From: Octopus bimaculoides
Lineage: Eukaryota
Length of the DNA stretch: 63,827 nucleotides
Direction of reading: 5' to 3'
NCBI RefSeq assembly: GCF_001194135.2
Contig: NC_068981.1
Span: forward strand, 173,853,195-173,917,021
The notes under the pieces: generated by a model
Databases searched by the model: none
The model's input: only the letters and a program-made list of their open reading frames with translations
What the model was told of the DNA's origin: nothing
Made by a program: the position numbers and the translations under genes
Part shown: piece by piece, positions 50,936 to 62,629 of the stretch
How positions within the stretch are numbered: the stretch's first letter is position 1
Layout of the letters: every line of letters begins with the position of its first letter

Positions 50936-52252
50936 CAGGGTGGTGCAGGGATGGATGTTTTGGAAAAGTCACAAAGTCATTAATTCTAGCTGCAAACAAA
51001 TTTTATTGACATCAATGTGTTTGTTTTGAATTAGCATTTGTCTAAATCAAGTGTGGAAAACAACATCCATCATGTGGTGTGTTTTCATTGATGCATTTCT
51101 GAAGGCGTTGGAAGTTGGCTTCCACTCTCTTCAGCATTGCTCTGTCAATTTGGGTGATTTCCACGCAAATAGCCTCCTTCAAATTGTCCAATGCACGAGG
51201 TTTGTGTACACACACATGTGCCTTGAGGGTTTCCCCACAAAAAATAATCACACATGGACAAATCAAGGGACTGAGGGGGTGAAGGAATGTCAGCAAACCT
51301 GGAAATGAGGCAGTCGCTGAAGAGAGGGCGAAGAATGTCCATTGATGCTGTGGCTGTGTGGACCATCACCCCATCCTGCTGAAGCCACACACATCAAATA
51401 CGCATATGTTTTCGTCATAATTCAGGCACAAAGAAGCTGTTCATCATGTTGATGTAATGCTTGAAGTTCACAGTAACAACATTTCCATTATTGTCTTAAA
51501 AAAAGTAAGAACCAATAATTGCAATTTTCCCAACAGCACACCAGATCGTCACTTTTGGGCTGTGCAGTGGTCTATCATTCAGTTCTCTTAGATTTTCAAG
51601 AGCCCAATAACAGTTCTGTTGATTCACCATGCCATTGAGATGAAAATGAGCTTCATCACTCATTAACAAAATGAGGTTGTCATTTGCCTAAAAAATTGCT
51701 CCCATCTGACGTGTAAAGGTAAGACGCCATGCATAGTTCCATGGTTTCAACTGTTGCCCAATGACCAACTTGTATGGTTGGAAATGCAGGTCTTCATGTA
51801 AAATGTGTCTTACCGATGCTAAATTCAGTGAAATGCCTCTGAGCAGAGAGATTCAGACTCCATATCAAAGCTTGTCTGACACGTTCCACATTTTCTAGGG
51901 TCTGTACCATTTGTGGTACCCCCACCAGTCTCCTACTCATCAGTGTACATTGTGTACAAAGTGCATTCACCCAATGTAAGAATGTGTTACGGGTGAGAAC
52001 AGCCTGATTTTGGTGAATATTGAAGTGGCACTGAAAGTCACACTGAACTGCCGTGACAGACATGATATTCTTCACATAACTGTTGTAGGCAAACATGCAA
52101 TGCTCTATCGTCCACAGCACCATGGCTTCACCTGAAAAGAAAAAAAATGCTAAGACACCATGGACCAAATGGTACCTGTTGGACATAAGCCCCTCCCACT
52201 GGGGCTGAGTAATAGCCATTTCAAAAACGTCCATCCTCTCTGCCACACCCTG
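50936..52252 (-). mobile_element. Full-length but decayed Tc1/mariner, DD41D (rosa/Visitor-type)
   Basis: ~30-bp imperfect TIRs CAGGGTG..., TA at both ends; WTIEHC.FAY...VQ..F..HF N-terminus; QQDG...SLDLSMCD with 41 residues between the last two Asp. Confidence 0.85.
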
Positions 52253-54232
52253 TATTTGCATACAGGTTGAACCTGTTATATCTGGCTTGGGACTTGGATG
52301 TTGCCAGACCATGCAATATGGTAGAAAACAGAAATTGACTCCCATGATAAGCTTTCCATCTCATTCCACATTTGTCCTGATGTCTCATCAAAGCTAGAAC
52401 AAAGCTTAAAACGGGAGGTATATGTGTGTGTTTTGAAAGGAAATATGTGAAGTTAGATATTAGAAAATGACCTGAGCTGAACCAGTTTAATAGTAACTTG
52501 GGTATTTAGAAATTTAAACCTAAATGATGAAACAGATTTTTAGATGAGCACACAAAAATGTATTTATCCTGTGCGTCTCCAATAGATATGTTTCTAAAGT
52601 GCAATAATAGTGTTAGCAGTGGTTAGTTGTTGGGTGTGCCATAAGCTAGAGAGCAAATGGACGAAAAGCATGAAATGGGGACAGTAGGAGTGAGATATAA
52701 AGGAAACCAAAGCCAAAGGGGCTAGTGGATGAGAAAAAGTTTTAAAAAACCACGGATCAAACTTGGCTCTTGAACCATCCCATACATACTATAACCACTG
52801 TATGTTTCATTGTCACAATTATTTCTTTCAAGAGCAGAAATGATAGTGTCAGACAGATGCTGTTATGCATTATATGACAGCTTGAAGAAAGTCTCAAAAT
52901 TAGAGCTGAAGGAATAGAAATTTTAGTTCAATTTGTATCCAAAGAATGTTGAGAAGTGTATCATCATTTTCATTATTACATGTTTGACACTCAGTACAGC
53001 ATCTCTTATTGAGTCTCAGTTCTGTGAGACAGTAACATTTCAGATCTGACCTAATTAGATTTTACATGGTCTATCTTTACTGCAAGTATGACAATTTCTT
53101 AGGCCACTTCATCCAAAGGTGTGTCCCTTCTATCACCAAATTGTGTGTTTTTTTAAGTTGCCTCCATATAACAATGTCTTATTTAAAAGAAAGGCAAAAA
53201 TCTCTAATCTACCTATTAACTACCTGCCCCATTCACTTCTTACATTAAGAAAACAAACAAACAAAAAAAAAGAAGCCATAAATGGTTGTTTCTTTTGTTA
53301 TTCAGTAACCAGCAGAATCAGATCTGTTTCCCTTTGCCATTGGTGTAATTTATCTCACACAATAATCTCCTAAGTTGCCTGCTTATATCTTCCATATATC
53401 TCTCATCTTTTGTTTTAAAAAATTCTTGTTATTTAGCTGGTATCAGCAATTCCTCTCCAACCCACAATATATGAATTCCAGTGTCTTCCAACTCTTCAAT
53501 GACCTTCTTGCTGTTACCTCTAACTATACACACTGTACATGTAAACTCTTCACTTAGTGTAAAGACCATTAGAATAACAGTAGGAAAGACACTGAATTTG
53601 ACCAAGTGGTTGTAAAAGAGTATTAGTCTATCAATTGGATATCTTGTTTGCAGAAGTTTTCTACAATTGTAATATACACCCAAGGAAAGTTAGCAATTAT
53701 TTGAGGAAGAAGCAATATTCCCTTCCCCAATTTGAAAATATCTTTAATTCAAAGCTAGTGTGCAACATCTGAGCTCTCATGCAGTTTATCAAATACATTT
53801 GTAAATTAAAATGAGAGCAACATTTTGATGAACATAACACCAAACAGCAACTGCTTGGCACTGGGAAGCTGTATGTTTTTGTTCTTCAGAAGAAATCAAT
53901 TTTTTTTATGCAGTTTCAGTTATATAAATTTGTGTATTTTTATGTGAGAAGTTGACAGTAATTGTGAAACAAGTATTTGATAGGATCAGAGAGATTGCTT
54001 TTCTTTTTCCAGTAACACACAAAAGTATGTTTTCATATATTAAGTGTAAAGACTCCTAAAGAGAAAAGAGGTGACTTTGTGAGGGGGGGGGGTATAATTT
54101 CAGAGTACCCTGTCTCAGGGTTTGAAATAGTTTCTCACTTTTCACTTTTATCACTTCTTTTTGATTAAAAAAAAAAAAAAAAAAATCATTATATTCAGTT
54201 TTAAATATTTTTCATTCTTTTCTTTTCAGAAG

Positions 54233-57200
54233 ATGGTGGGTAATGATAAAGAGCAAAGAAGTATTCATGAAATTTCCTTATTGTGTGGAAATGTCAAGAA
54301 CAGTAATGAAAATTGCAAAGAAACCATTAAAAATGATTGTATTTTAATGTCAATAAAGATGGAAGAAGAAGAAAATGGTGAAGAGGAGGAGAATAATGAT
54401 GATATCAGTAATAAATTGAAAAGTAATACCCACAAAGATAATGCAGATTCATTGAGCTATTATGCAGATTTCCTCAACAACATATTTCGATGCCAATACT
54501 GTAAGTTCAGCACTACAGATAAAGAAGAGTTAAACAAACATCGTTCTGTTCACAGCAAAGAAAAACAGCACAAGTGCAGTCAGTGTGATTATGAATGCCA
54601 TTATCGTGCTGACCTTATTCGACACTGTGCAAAACATTCAGATGAGAAACGTTATAAGTGTCCCCACTGTGATTTCGCCACAAAGTGGCGCCGTAATGTA
54701 CGGCATCATCTTCTGAAACATACCAATGAACGGCCTTACCAATGTCAAATATGTGAATTCAGTTTCAAACGCCTACAAGACCTCAAATATCACATGTATC
54801 GACATAATGATGAGAAGCCAATAAAATGTGATGAATGTGAATTCTGTTGTAAGACAAATTATGAACTTAAGTGCCACAAACTAAAACACAGTGATGTACG
54901 CCGATTTCCATGCACATTTGAAGGTTGCACCCAGCAATGTAAAACCAAATCCGACCTTACTAAGCATCTTAAGACTCACAATGGTGAGAAAAATCACATC
55001 TGTTCTTTATGTGGGAAAGGTTTTACAACAGCCGGTTGTCTTAATAAGCATGTTCAACGTCATGATACACGTAAGCAATTTATCTGCCATTTGTGTCTGA
55101 AGAAATTTAAATCCAAAGCTAGCTTAAAAAACCATCTTAAAATTCATGAAGGAATTCGCCCATTTGTTTGTGATATCTGTGAAAAATCTTTCACTAATAA
55201 ATACAATATGATGAAACATCAAGAGACACATGGTGACAACCGTCCATTTCGCTGTCCTATCTGTCCTTACGGAGCACGATCGAGTGAACATCTTTTAGCA
55301 CACATTGGCTCTATGCATGGTCATTCTTATGCTTACTTCTGTGAACTCTGTAAGAAACCATTCCGTCGTCATGGCCAGTTACGTATACATCTTAAGAGAA
55401 TGCACAAAGGAAGCAAAGAGGCTACAGCTGCAGCAGATTTTACTCACAATTCTACATCTTCACTACCCATTTCTAAATCCGAAAATGCGAAAAATACTTG
55501 TGATAAGCTTCCTGTCTCAAAACCTAATAATGAAAACAAGTATTTAACCTCAAAGAAAACTGCTGCTTTATCATCTAACATTACAAAGCAGTCTTGTTTA
55601 TCTTCAACAAAACCTGTAGAAGACAAATCTGCTATTGATGTTGCTAAGACTGAACAAGTAAGTAATTTAGATAGTAAATGTCCTCCTGCTAGTGAGGAGT
55701 GTAATGACTCTAAATCTGGTATTAAAAATGGTGGTGATGGTGGTAATCAGCATGTAAAGATTACTGAATTAAAACCTAGTAAGAAACAGACAAATGATTC
55801 TAAGAAATATGTTGAATGTTTTCATTTACCTCTTGCAACAAAGGGTTTCACATTTAATTTTGAAAAAAAGGGTAAGAAACCTCGTTCTTGGTTTATGGAT
55901 CCCAATTATATGCCTGCTGACGCTGCTGAGAAACAGAAAGCCTACCTCAACCGCAAAGCAAAATTAGCAAAACTGAAAAAGTCAGAGGCAAAAGAGAAGA
56001 TGAAACAGAAGAAGAAGTTAAAAATTGATGACAAACCCAAACAATCAGTTATTGTTCAAAAAACTGGCTTGATTAAAGCCAGCAAAAAGAAGGTAAAACT
56101 TGTGAAAAACCTGAATGCAAAAAAAATGTTAAGAAAAAAAAACAAGTCAAAAGGTTTAAAAAAATGTATTCCTTTAACTGAAGGCTGCAAAGTAAAGATA
56201 GAATCATTGAGGTCTGATTTTGAAGATGATGTTTGCTGGGAAAATAAATTAATAATAAACAACAAAAACAATCAGATGGTTAAAAGTGTCACTGATGAAA
56301 TATATACACCTTATCAAGATGTTCATCCTGAACTTTCAATCCCAACCAAGATCAAACAGGAACCAACAGATGATCCTGGTGATGTTTTAAACATAGAAAT
56401 GCCTTCGAGTCCTGTAAAAACTGTTCTTTTTGAAACTCTTTTGAAGTCAGAGACTGGTGAATTTAACATGGATTTAACAGAATCTGTGTCAACAGAAAGC
56501 AAAATTGGTGAGATGACAGAAACATCTGCTGATTATTGTGATAATAAAAGTTTGCCCTGCAACAACAGATTGGAATCTTCTAACCAGCTACAAATAACTT
56601 CAGATGGGACAACTAAAGATAACACAAGTCCTTTGTCTCCTTCAGGAGTATTTAAATTAGAAAATCTGTCCATACGAAAAACTGATTCCAATAAAACTAT
56701 GCTAGTCTACACTATTTCTCAAGAAATTGCAGATACATGTCAGTCTTCTAGTTCAGATCTTCAAATAAGTGAACTATTTAGCAGCTCAACTGGTTCTGGA
56801 GAAACTCCTATTAAACAGGAACCAATTCAGCTTGATAATTACTCTCTTACTAACCAAATAAATTCTTCTTTTAGTTTAAACCCTAACATAAACATTAAAA
56901 TGGATAAAAATGAGCCCTTTCTTTTTGATCAAGAAAAACTCAATAGTAGTATAACCTCTCCATCCCAAACACTTACTCCTTTATCTGAATCTCATAAAAA
57001 TAATCAGGACAAGGAACTAAATGATCCTGTATCTTCTGAAAATTTAGGTGGATTTGAAATAATAGATTCTCATACAAATAATAAATATTATATCAAACCC
57101 TTTACCACACCAAATAGTGATAAATCAATTTCTCTTGCCAACAACCTTACAAATGATTTTAGCATAGATGGTTACTATGGAAAAATAGCCACTGTAGAAG

Positions 57201-58213
57201 GGATTCAAGATGGAAAATTAACCTTGTCTCATAGTTTCAATTTAGATCCATCCAAATCCTTGTCCACATTAGACAAAAACGTCCACAACAACTGTGATTC
57301 TCTTTCAAACTCTGTGTCTTCAACTTCAACAATGGAAAACCTTTACAGTACTGAATCTGTGATTTCCCAAGAAGTACTTCCTAATCATTCACCTACCTCA
57401 AATTCATCAGTGTTATCTCTACAGAAGTTGGATTGTGATGATGTAACATTACCAGTTATTGTCACTGAAAAAGAGATGAGTCTGTCTGAAAGAGACCCAT
57501 TTCAGTTTTCTTCTAATTTGGATTTTGGCCACCCTAAGTATCATCAGTTTCTACAAACTCATAACTCCTTCCATGATACGTCTAAGTGCAATGATTCTAA
57601 CATTCTAAGATTACCTCATATTAATTTGTCAAATAAAACTGAAAAGGGTTCTGATTTAGTTTACCCACCAACATTTCATTCTTCTAGCATATTAGAGGCA
57701 GTAGAAGCTAAACAGCAAGTAAGAACATCTGCCAATAGTATGGCTTTTAATTCTGAAAGCAATGAAATAAGCACTAAATGTCCTGTTTTGTTGTCAACAT
57801 TAAACAGTCAATTTTTTGTTAATGAACCTTTCAAAGAAACATCAGAGAAACTTGGAACAACAACAACAAATAACAACTTACCTAAACCTCCATCTGATGA
57901 GGCCCAAGCTTTGTATGAATATGAAATGGAATTTGATGAAAAAAGTATTCTTCGAGATAACATTAATATTACTATGCTTGGTTCCTATTCTTCTGAACCT
58001 CAGGAAAAAACTAATCCATTTTCAGTATTTTCTTGTACAACAAATGAAAATAATAATTTGCTTGAAATGACAGTCAATTCTGATCTAAATGACAATGTTG
58101 GTCATAAGCCTGTATGCAATGATGTAAACTTAATATCAGCTAAACCAGAACTTGACTGGGATTCTGAAGACAATTTGACTCAAAATTATATTCTACTAAA
58201 TCCAAGTTGCTGA
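54233..58213 (+). CDS. C2H2 zinc-finger protein, 11 tandem fingers (~54485-55405) plus ~930-aa low-complexity tail; 1326 aa from this ATG
   Basis: Uninterrupted ORF; pyrimidine tract and CAG-AAG acceptor immediately upstream; 11 CX2-4CX12HX3-4H units counted. Confidence 0.93.
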   Translation: MVGNDKEQRSIHEISLLCGNVKNSNENCKETIKNDCILMSIKMEEEENGEEEENNDDISNKLKSNTHKDNADSLSYYADFLNNIFRCQYCKFSTTDKEELNKHRSVHSKEKQHKCSQCDYECHYRADLIRHCAKHSDEKRYKCPHCDFATKWRRNVRHHLLKHTNERPYQCQICEFSFKRLQDLKYHMYRHNDEKPIKCDECEFCCKTNYELKCHKLKHSDVRRFPCTFEGCTQQCKTKSDLTKHLKTHNGEKNHICSLCGKGFTTAGCLNKHVQRHDTRKQFICHLCLKKFKSKASLKNHLKIHEGIRPFVCDICEKSFTNKYNMMKHQETHGDNRPFRCPICPYGARSSEHLLAHIGSMHGHSYAYFCELCKKPFRRHGQLRIHLKRMHKGSKEATAAADFTHNSTSSLPISKSENAKNTCDKLPVSKPNNENKYLTSKKTAALSSNITKQSCLSSTKPVEDKSAIDVAKTEQVSNLDSKCPPASEECNDSKSGIKNGGDGGNQHVKITELKPSKKQTNDSKKYVECFHLPLATKGFTFNFEKKGKKPRSWFMDPNYMPADAAEKQKAYLNRKAKLAKLKKSEAKEKMKQKKKLKIDDKPKQSVIVQKTGLIKASKKKVKLVKNLNAKKMLRKKNKSKGLKKCIPLTEGCKVKIESLRSDFEDDVCWENKLIINNKNNQMVKSVTDEIYTPYQDVHPELSIPTKIKQEPTDDPGDVLNIEMPSSPVKTVLFETLLKSETGEFNMDLTESVSTESKIGEMTETSADYCDNKSLPCNNRLESSNQLQITSDGTTKDNTSPLSPSGVFKLENLSIRKTDSNKTMLVYTISQEIADTCQSSSSDLQISELFSSSTGSGETPIKQEPIQLDNYSLTNQINSSFSLNPNINIKMDKNEPFLFDQEKLNSSITSPSQTLTPLSESHKNNQDKELNDPVSSENLGGFEIIDSHTNNKYYIKPFTTPNSDKSISLANNLTNDFSIDGYYGKIATVEGIQDGKLTLSHSFNLDPSKSLSTLDKNVHNNCDSLSNSVSSTSTMENLYSTESVISQEVLPNHSPTSNSSVLSLQKLDCDDVTLPVIVTEKEMSLSERDPFQFSSNLDFGHPKYHQFLQTHNSFHDTSKCNDSNILRLPHINLSNKTEKGSDLVYPPTFHSSSILEAVEAKQQVRTSANSMAFNSESNEISTKCPVLLSTLNSQFFVNEPFKETSEKLGTTTTNNNLPKPPSDEAQALYEYEMEFDEKSILRDNINITMLGSYSSEPQEKTNPFSVFSCTTNENNNLLEMTVNSDLNDNVGHKPVCNDVNLISAKPELDWDSEDNLTQNYILLNPSC

Positions 58214-58565
58214 TTATTTTTTTAGTCAAATTTATCAATCAGAGAGAAATTTCATTTACATGCTATTTTGATTCAAGACAAAAATAAGGAAATTTTGATT
58301 GATTTTTGCAACAGTGAATGAAGAAAAATCTTTTTATATCAGAGAAATTAAAAAGAAATGTGTATAACTTATAAGGCACTTAAAAATATTTTTGTCCCAT
58401 TTTTTAAGAATATCTATTGTATTCATGAGTTCAATGATATTCAAGAAGCTGTTTTCTTAATTGTCCACATCTTTATAGATTTGATTTCAAGAAAGAATTT
58501 TCTGCCTGAATTATGGCTTACAAGAGTAAAATATTTATTGAATAACAATGTTTCATTGTTTTATT

Positions 58566-58571
58566 AATAAA
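58566..58571 (+). terminator. Candidate zinc-finger gene polyadenylation signal AATAAA
   Basis: ~350 nt after the stop in an AT-rich UTR. Confidence 0.35.
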
Positions 58572-60153
58572 ATTATTTTTTGGAAGTACATGCAGTTTTC
58601 ATTGTATGAATTGAAGTTATTTTGAAGCATTTAATATACAAATTATATAAAAAAAAAAACATTTTTGAAATAATGAAACTTATATTTAAAATGCTTAAAG
58701 TTTTATTATTAAAGACATACAAAGGTTGGTTAAAAGTTTAGCCTTTAGTCATGTTTATTATTACAACAGTTGATAGTTTCATATTTTAATTTAGCTATTT
58801 CATGTTTTCTTTGTAAGTCTAAAGTGGCATTTCTGTCTGTAGTTATTTACTTTGTTAAACACAAATTTGTGTGTAATAAGTATTTTAGTTTTATCATCAG
58901 CCGAATTTTTCTCAGCATTTCACACCTTAACACACATCCACACATTTCTCTTTGATTAGACAGAAGATATGGACATAAATATTCTTTTCTACTCTAGGCA
59001 CAAGTCCTGAAATTTTTGGGGAGGGAGCTAGTTGATTAGATCAACCTCAGTATGCAACTGGTACTTAATTTATCGACCCTGAAAGGATGAAAGGCAAAGT
59101 CTTAATTGTTTTACTATTTTACTGTATCACATATGTATTAGCTTAAACCTACTTTTGACAAAGCACAAATCATTCATATTGATAACAAGAACAGTAACTT
59201 TTCCTGCCATCATTGTCATTAACTAAGCAGTCTTCTATTTTTTCTTTACTTTTTGCATCCATTTTCCCAAAGTTCCTATACTAAAATTGTTAAGTTGTTG
59301 GTGCATTTGTTTTTACAGCTTGATGATGCCCTTTTTATTTCTAACCACTCAATCATGAAGTATGAATGGAAACCAGTTTTTTGCCCAGTCAGGCAAACAG
59401 GGCACAATACAATGACTATAGTAAGATCTAAACTTATGGTTATGTCATCAGTAGTTCATCTCCTTAATCTCACAGCTAAGTAAGAGAAACAACCTATAGT
59501 TTCAACTAAACTATTACTATTACTATAGTCTGTAATGTTAGGATATAGCATGGCTATTTGATTTGAAAGATCAGTCAATGCACCATTGAAATTAGTTTAC
59601 TATTACTTCGCTCAAAACAAGTTTATACCTGTTCTGCACATATTACATAAAATACCTCCTCTGTATTTCTCTTATTTAACTGTACTTTGTAACAAAGTCA
59701 GTGATTCAACTTTTGTGGATCTTAACCATTAAATATAACTTGTATCCAAGTTTACTGTTAGGACTCTCAAGTTCATTATTTATGGTCTCAAAATCATTGC
59801 ACTTTACTTCTGTTGATTAACAAAATAGATAATCCCTAAGCCTTTCCAGAAATATCAACTCATAAACCCCATTCAACAGGATTTAAATTTCAGGGTATAG
59901 GAGATGAAATAAGAAGTGAGTTTCAAAAGAACTAGAAGCTTCACAATCAGTGTTTAAATAGATGTTCTAAGTAAAATGTCTATAAAGCTCAAAATGTTTT
60001 AATAAAATAATACTACCATTATTTCTAACATTAGTATTCTATTTTAACTCAAAAATATTAATTTAAAAAAGAAAACATTTCAAAATCTTTATATAATTAT
60101 CAACTACAACAATAACACAAAAATAATTGAATAATAACCATTTAAAAAATATA

Positions 60154-60271
60154 TCAAATCTTTTCTGTTTTTTCATTTAAGTGAAGTGAGATCATTGATG
60201 ATAGCGTTAAAAGCTGGATTATATATCTCTCTTTAGATGCTTGAACTTCAGGCTCTCTTTCAAGAGAATTA
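60154..60271 (-). CDS. Candidate terminal exon of an unidentified gene (NSLEREPEVQASKERYIIQLLTLSSMISLHLNEKTEKI*)
   Basis: Strong TATTATTCTTTTCAG acceptor; open frame to TGA; phase 2 fits the donor at 62140. Confidence 0.35.
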
Positions 60272-60389
60272 CTGAAAAGAATAATACAGCAAAAAAAGGT
60301 GGGATTGATAATTCATTTTATATAAAATGGTTTTATTCAAGTTACTTTTTTTTTTTATATAATGAATTATTGTTGTTATGAGTGTAGAG

Positions 60390-60707
60390 CAGTGGTCCAT
60401 ATAAGATTTTTGGGGGTCCACAAAACAAAATAGCTAATTGGGGATCCACAAAAATATTTTAAGGGCCTCTGAAAAAGTTTTGCATTAGATGTATGTATTG
60501 GTGTGTATTGCAAGAAACAGCTAGGTTTCTTTCTCTAACAATTCACATAGTTCAACCTACACAAGTTAATGTGTGGAAAACAAAATAAGAATTTTGAAAG
60601 AAGTTTCTATAGAAATAATTTTAAAATAATGAATGGCTATGGGGGTCCAACAAAATAAGATAGTAATCAAAGGGGGTCCGTAGATAAAAAATGGTTGAGA
60701 ATACCTA
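60390..60707. mobile_element. hAT (Charlie-like) MITE
   Basis: CAGTGGTCC...GGTTGAGAATACCTA; flanks GTGTAGAG / GTGTAAAA; internal GGGGTCC motifs as at 7401. Confidence 0.65.
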
Positions 60708-60748
60708 GTGTAAAATATATATATCTTGAAATCAATGACCACAATGCT

Positions 60749-61230
60749 TGGCCTCCACCCACTGTGATGCCAACATAGTACTGGCCACCTTCCATGCCAC
60801 GCTGCCCTTAAGATCATAAAGCATGGCCTAGATGCCACAGTTTTCCCTTCCTAGCTTGAGCCAGCGGAGCTCAACTGAGGGGATGATAGAAGGCCGGACG
60901 GTATGACAATTTTCCTGTTCCCTAGTTTTAGGCCCCTCATCTGGGATGCTACATGCTTCAGCAACTTGGTATTGTCAACTACCAACCCAGGCTCTGCTGC
61001 TCATCAGGCTGAGAAAAAGACCCAAAAAAACTGTCAAGGTATCAGCCACTCTTTGACAGGTTTATAGTTGAACCTGTGGCAGTTGAGACCTCTGGTGTTC
61101 TTGGCCCCTAGACCATATCCTTGCTCACTGCAAGTTCAAACTCCATGAGTCAGAGTGCATCTCCCTTGCTATTCTCTAGGACAATGTCTTTTCCATTTTG
61201 TCTGCTGGTACCATGAGAAATGTTTCTATA
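60749..61230 (+). mobile_element. Decayed CRE-like non-LTR retrotransposon, restriction-like endonuclease region
   Basis: GLHPL.C..S.G...CHAAL; GDDRRPDGMTIF...LIWDATC...AAHQAEKK...PVAVETSGVLGP with stops. Confidence 0.7.
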
Positions 61231-62139
61231 TCGTGAGAGGCAAGATTTTCTGTTAATCCTAACACTTCTATTCAAAACGTTGGACTTCACACTTTCTCAC
61301 TGAGTAATCTAACAGAAATGTTTGCAGTAGTATTTTAACTGAGAATCCTGTTTAAAAAAACACCACTACACAATGCTTCATAAATTATAACAAAACCATT
61401 TTAATGGATTTAATAGGCAAGTGAGAAAACAAAGGAATAAATATAGTGGGAAGGAGGAGTGTTAAAAAATGCCAATGTTTGTAATAGTCTTTGTTACTAT
61501 TTGTAACTGACAGCATCGAAGCTCTGTGATTATCAATGTAATCTAGACATTTGAACTTAAGAAGAAGAGATCATGATTACACAGTAATGCGTCTAACCTG
61601 GTTCTGATTTAACAACAAAATACAAGAAGTATTTAATATGATTAGGATCATTAAACTTGATGCTTTTTTTTTGTTTTTGACTGAGATGAAAATATGATGA
61701 ATAAATACTTGAGTGAATGAAAAAAGGAATATATATAAAAGCACTTCTACCTGCATTCGAACTCTTGGAGTAAATCACTTCCCTCAGCTTATTAAAAGAA
61801 ACAACAAAAACAAAGAATAAACATCAATAAATTTTTAATTCAGACAATTAAAAAAAAGAATGTTTAATTTCAAAATTGATTGATTCAATGTAATTTTTAT
61901 CTTATTTTTCCCTGATAAAGGATCCATGTTATTGGTTTAGTGTATTCTATAGTTTTCAAATTCATTTGCTAATTCCATATTCTTTAGAATTACGAAAATC
62001 CTTTTGTGAGAGCAAAAGCAGAAGAAAAGAAAAGTACAATGTACTGTGGTATAACTAAGCCTTGTTACTTTGAATATGCCATGCTTTCTTTCACTATTTA
62101 ACCAGAACTCACTATTTTCTACCTCAGTCCATAACTTAC

Positions 62140-62230
62140 CCTTCACAGCAACATCTCATCTCCCATTTGTATGTGAGGATGTTAGGCTTAGATGAATGAA
62201 GTTCTAAATCTGCCATGGGCAAACTGTCAC
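62140..62230 (-). CDS. Candidate internal exon of the same unidentified gene (DSLPMADLELHSSKPNILTYKWEMRCCCE)
   Basis: GAAGG|GTAAGT donor; open frame; acceptor position uncertain. Confidence 0.3.
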
Positions 62231-62629
62231 CTGTGGGACTCTTTGAATGGCATACATAATGAAAAATTGCCTTGAAGATTTTTAGTAGCGTGGCCCACTT
62301 GATGAGCTATGCTCCCCCCCCCCAAAAGGTTGCCATGGCTGTTCTTAAATCTACTTTCTAACAACTTCAATAATTACTGATTATGTTACATTTAATTCCT
62401 TCATCTCATTATCTGATAAGTTATGTCTTAAATTATTATGATTACACAAGGACTTAAGTGATCCTCATATTTAAAGTAAAATATAAAAGGACGTGTCATT
62501 ACTCTTTAAAAGTCTCAGATATCACACAGACTGACTTTATAACTGCGATCACTCCTATTTTTATGTATCCTGTTTATGTTAGAGGATAGATAGTAAAATG
62601 CTTGAAATATTCTAAAATTTAATGTTATT

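Noticed and set aside
53300-53683. Possible transposase fragment (KVIEELEDTGIHI)
   Set aside because: No catalytic motif or TIRs could be identified.
54161-54232. N-terminal MIKKKKKKIIIFSFKYFSFFSFQK of the 1350-aa ORF
   Set aside because: It starts at TTG and translates a poly-A run and polypyrimidine tract; this is intron sequence upstream of the acceptor.
61751-61787. Extra exon for the minus-strand candidate gene
   Set aside because: The frame required between the two phase-2 junctions begins with a stop codon.
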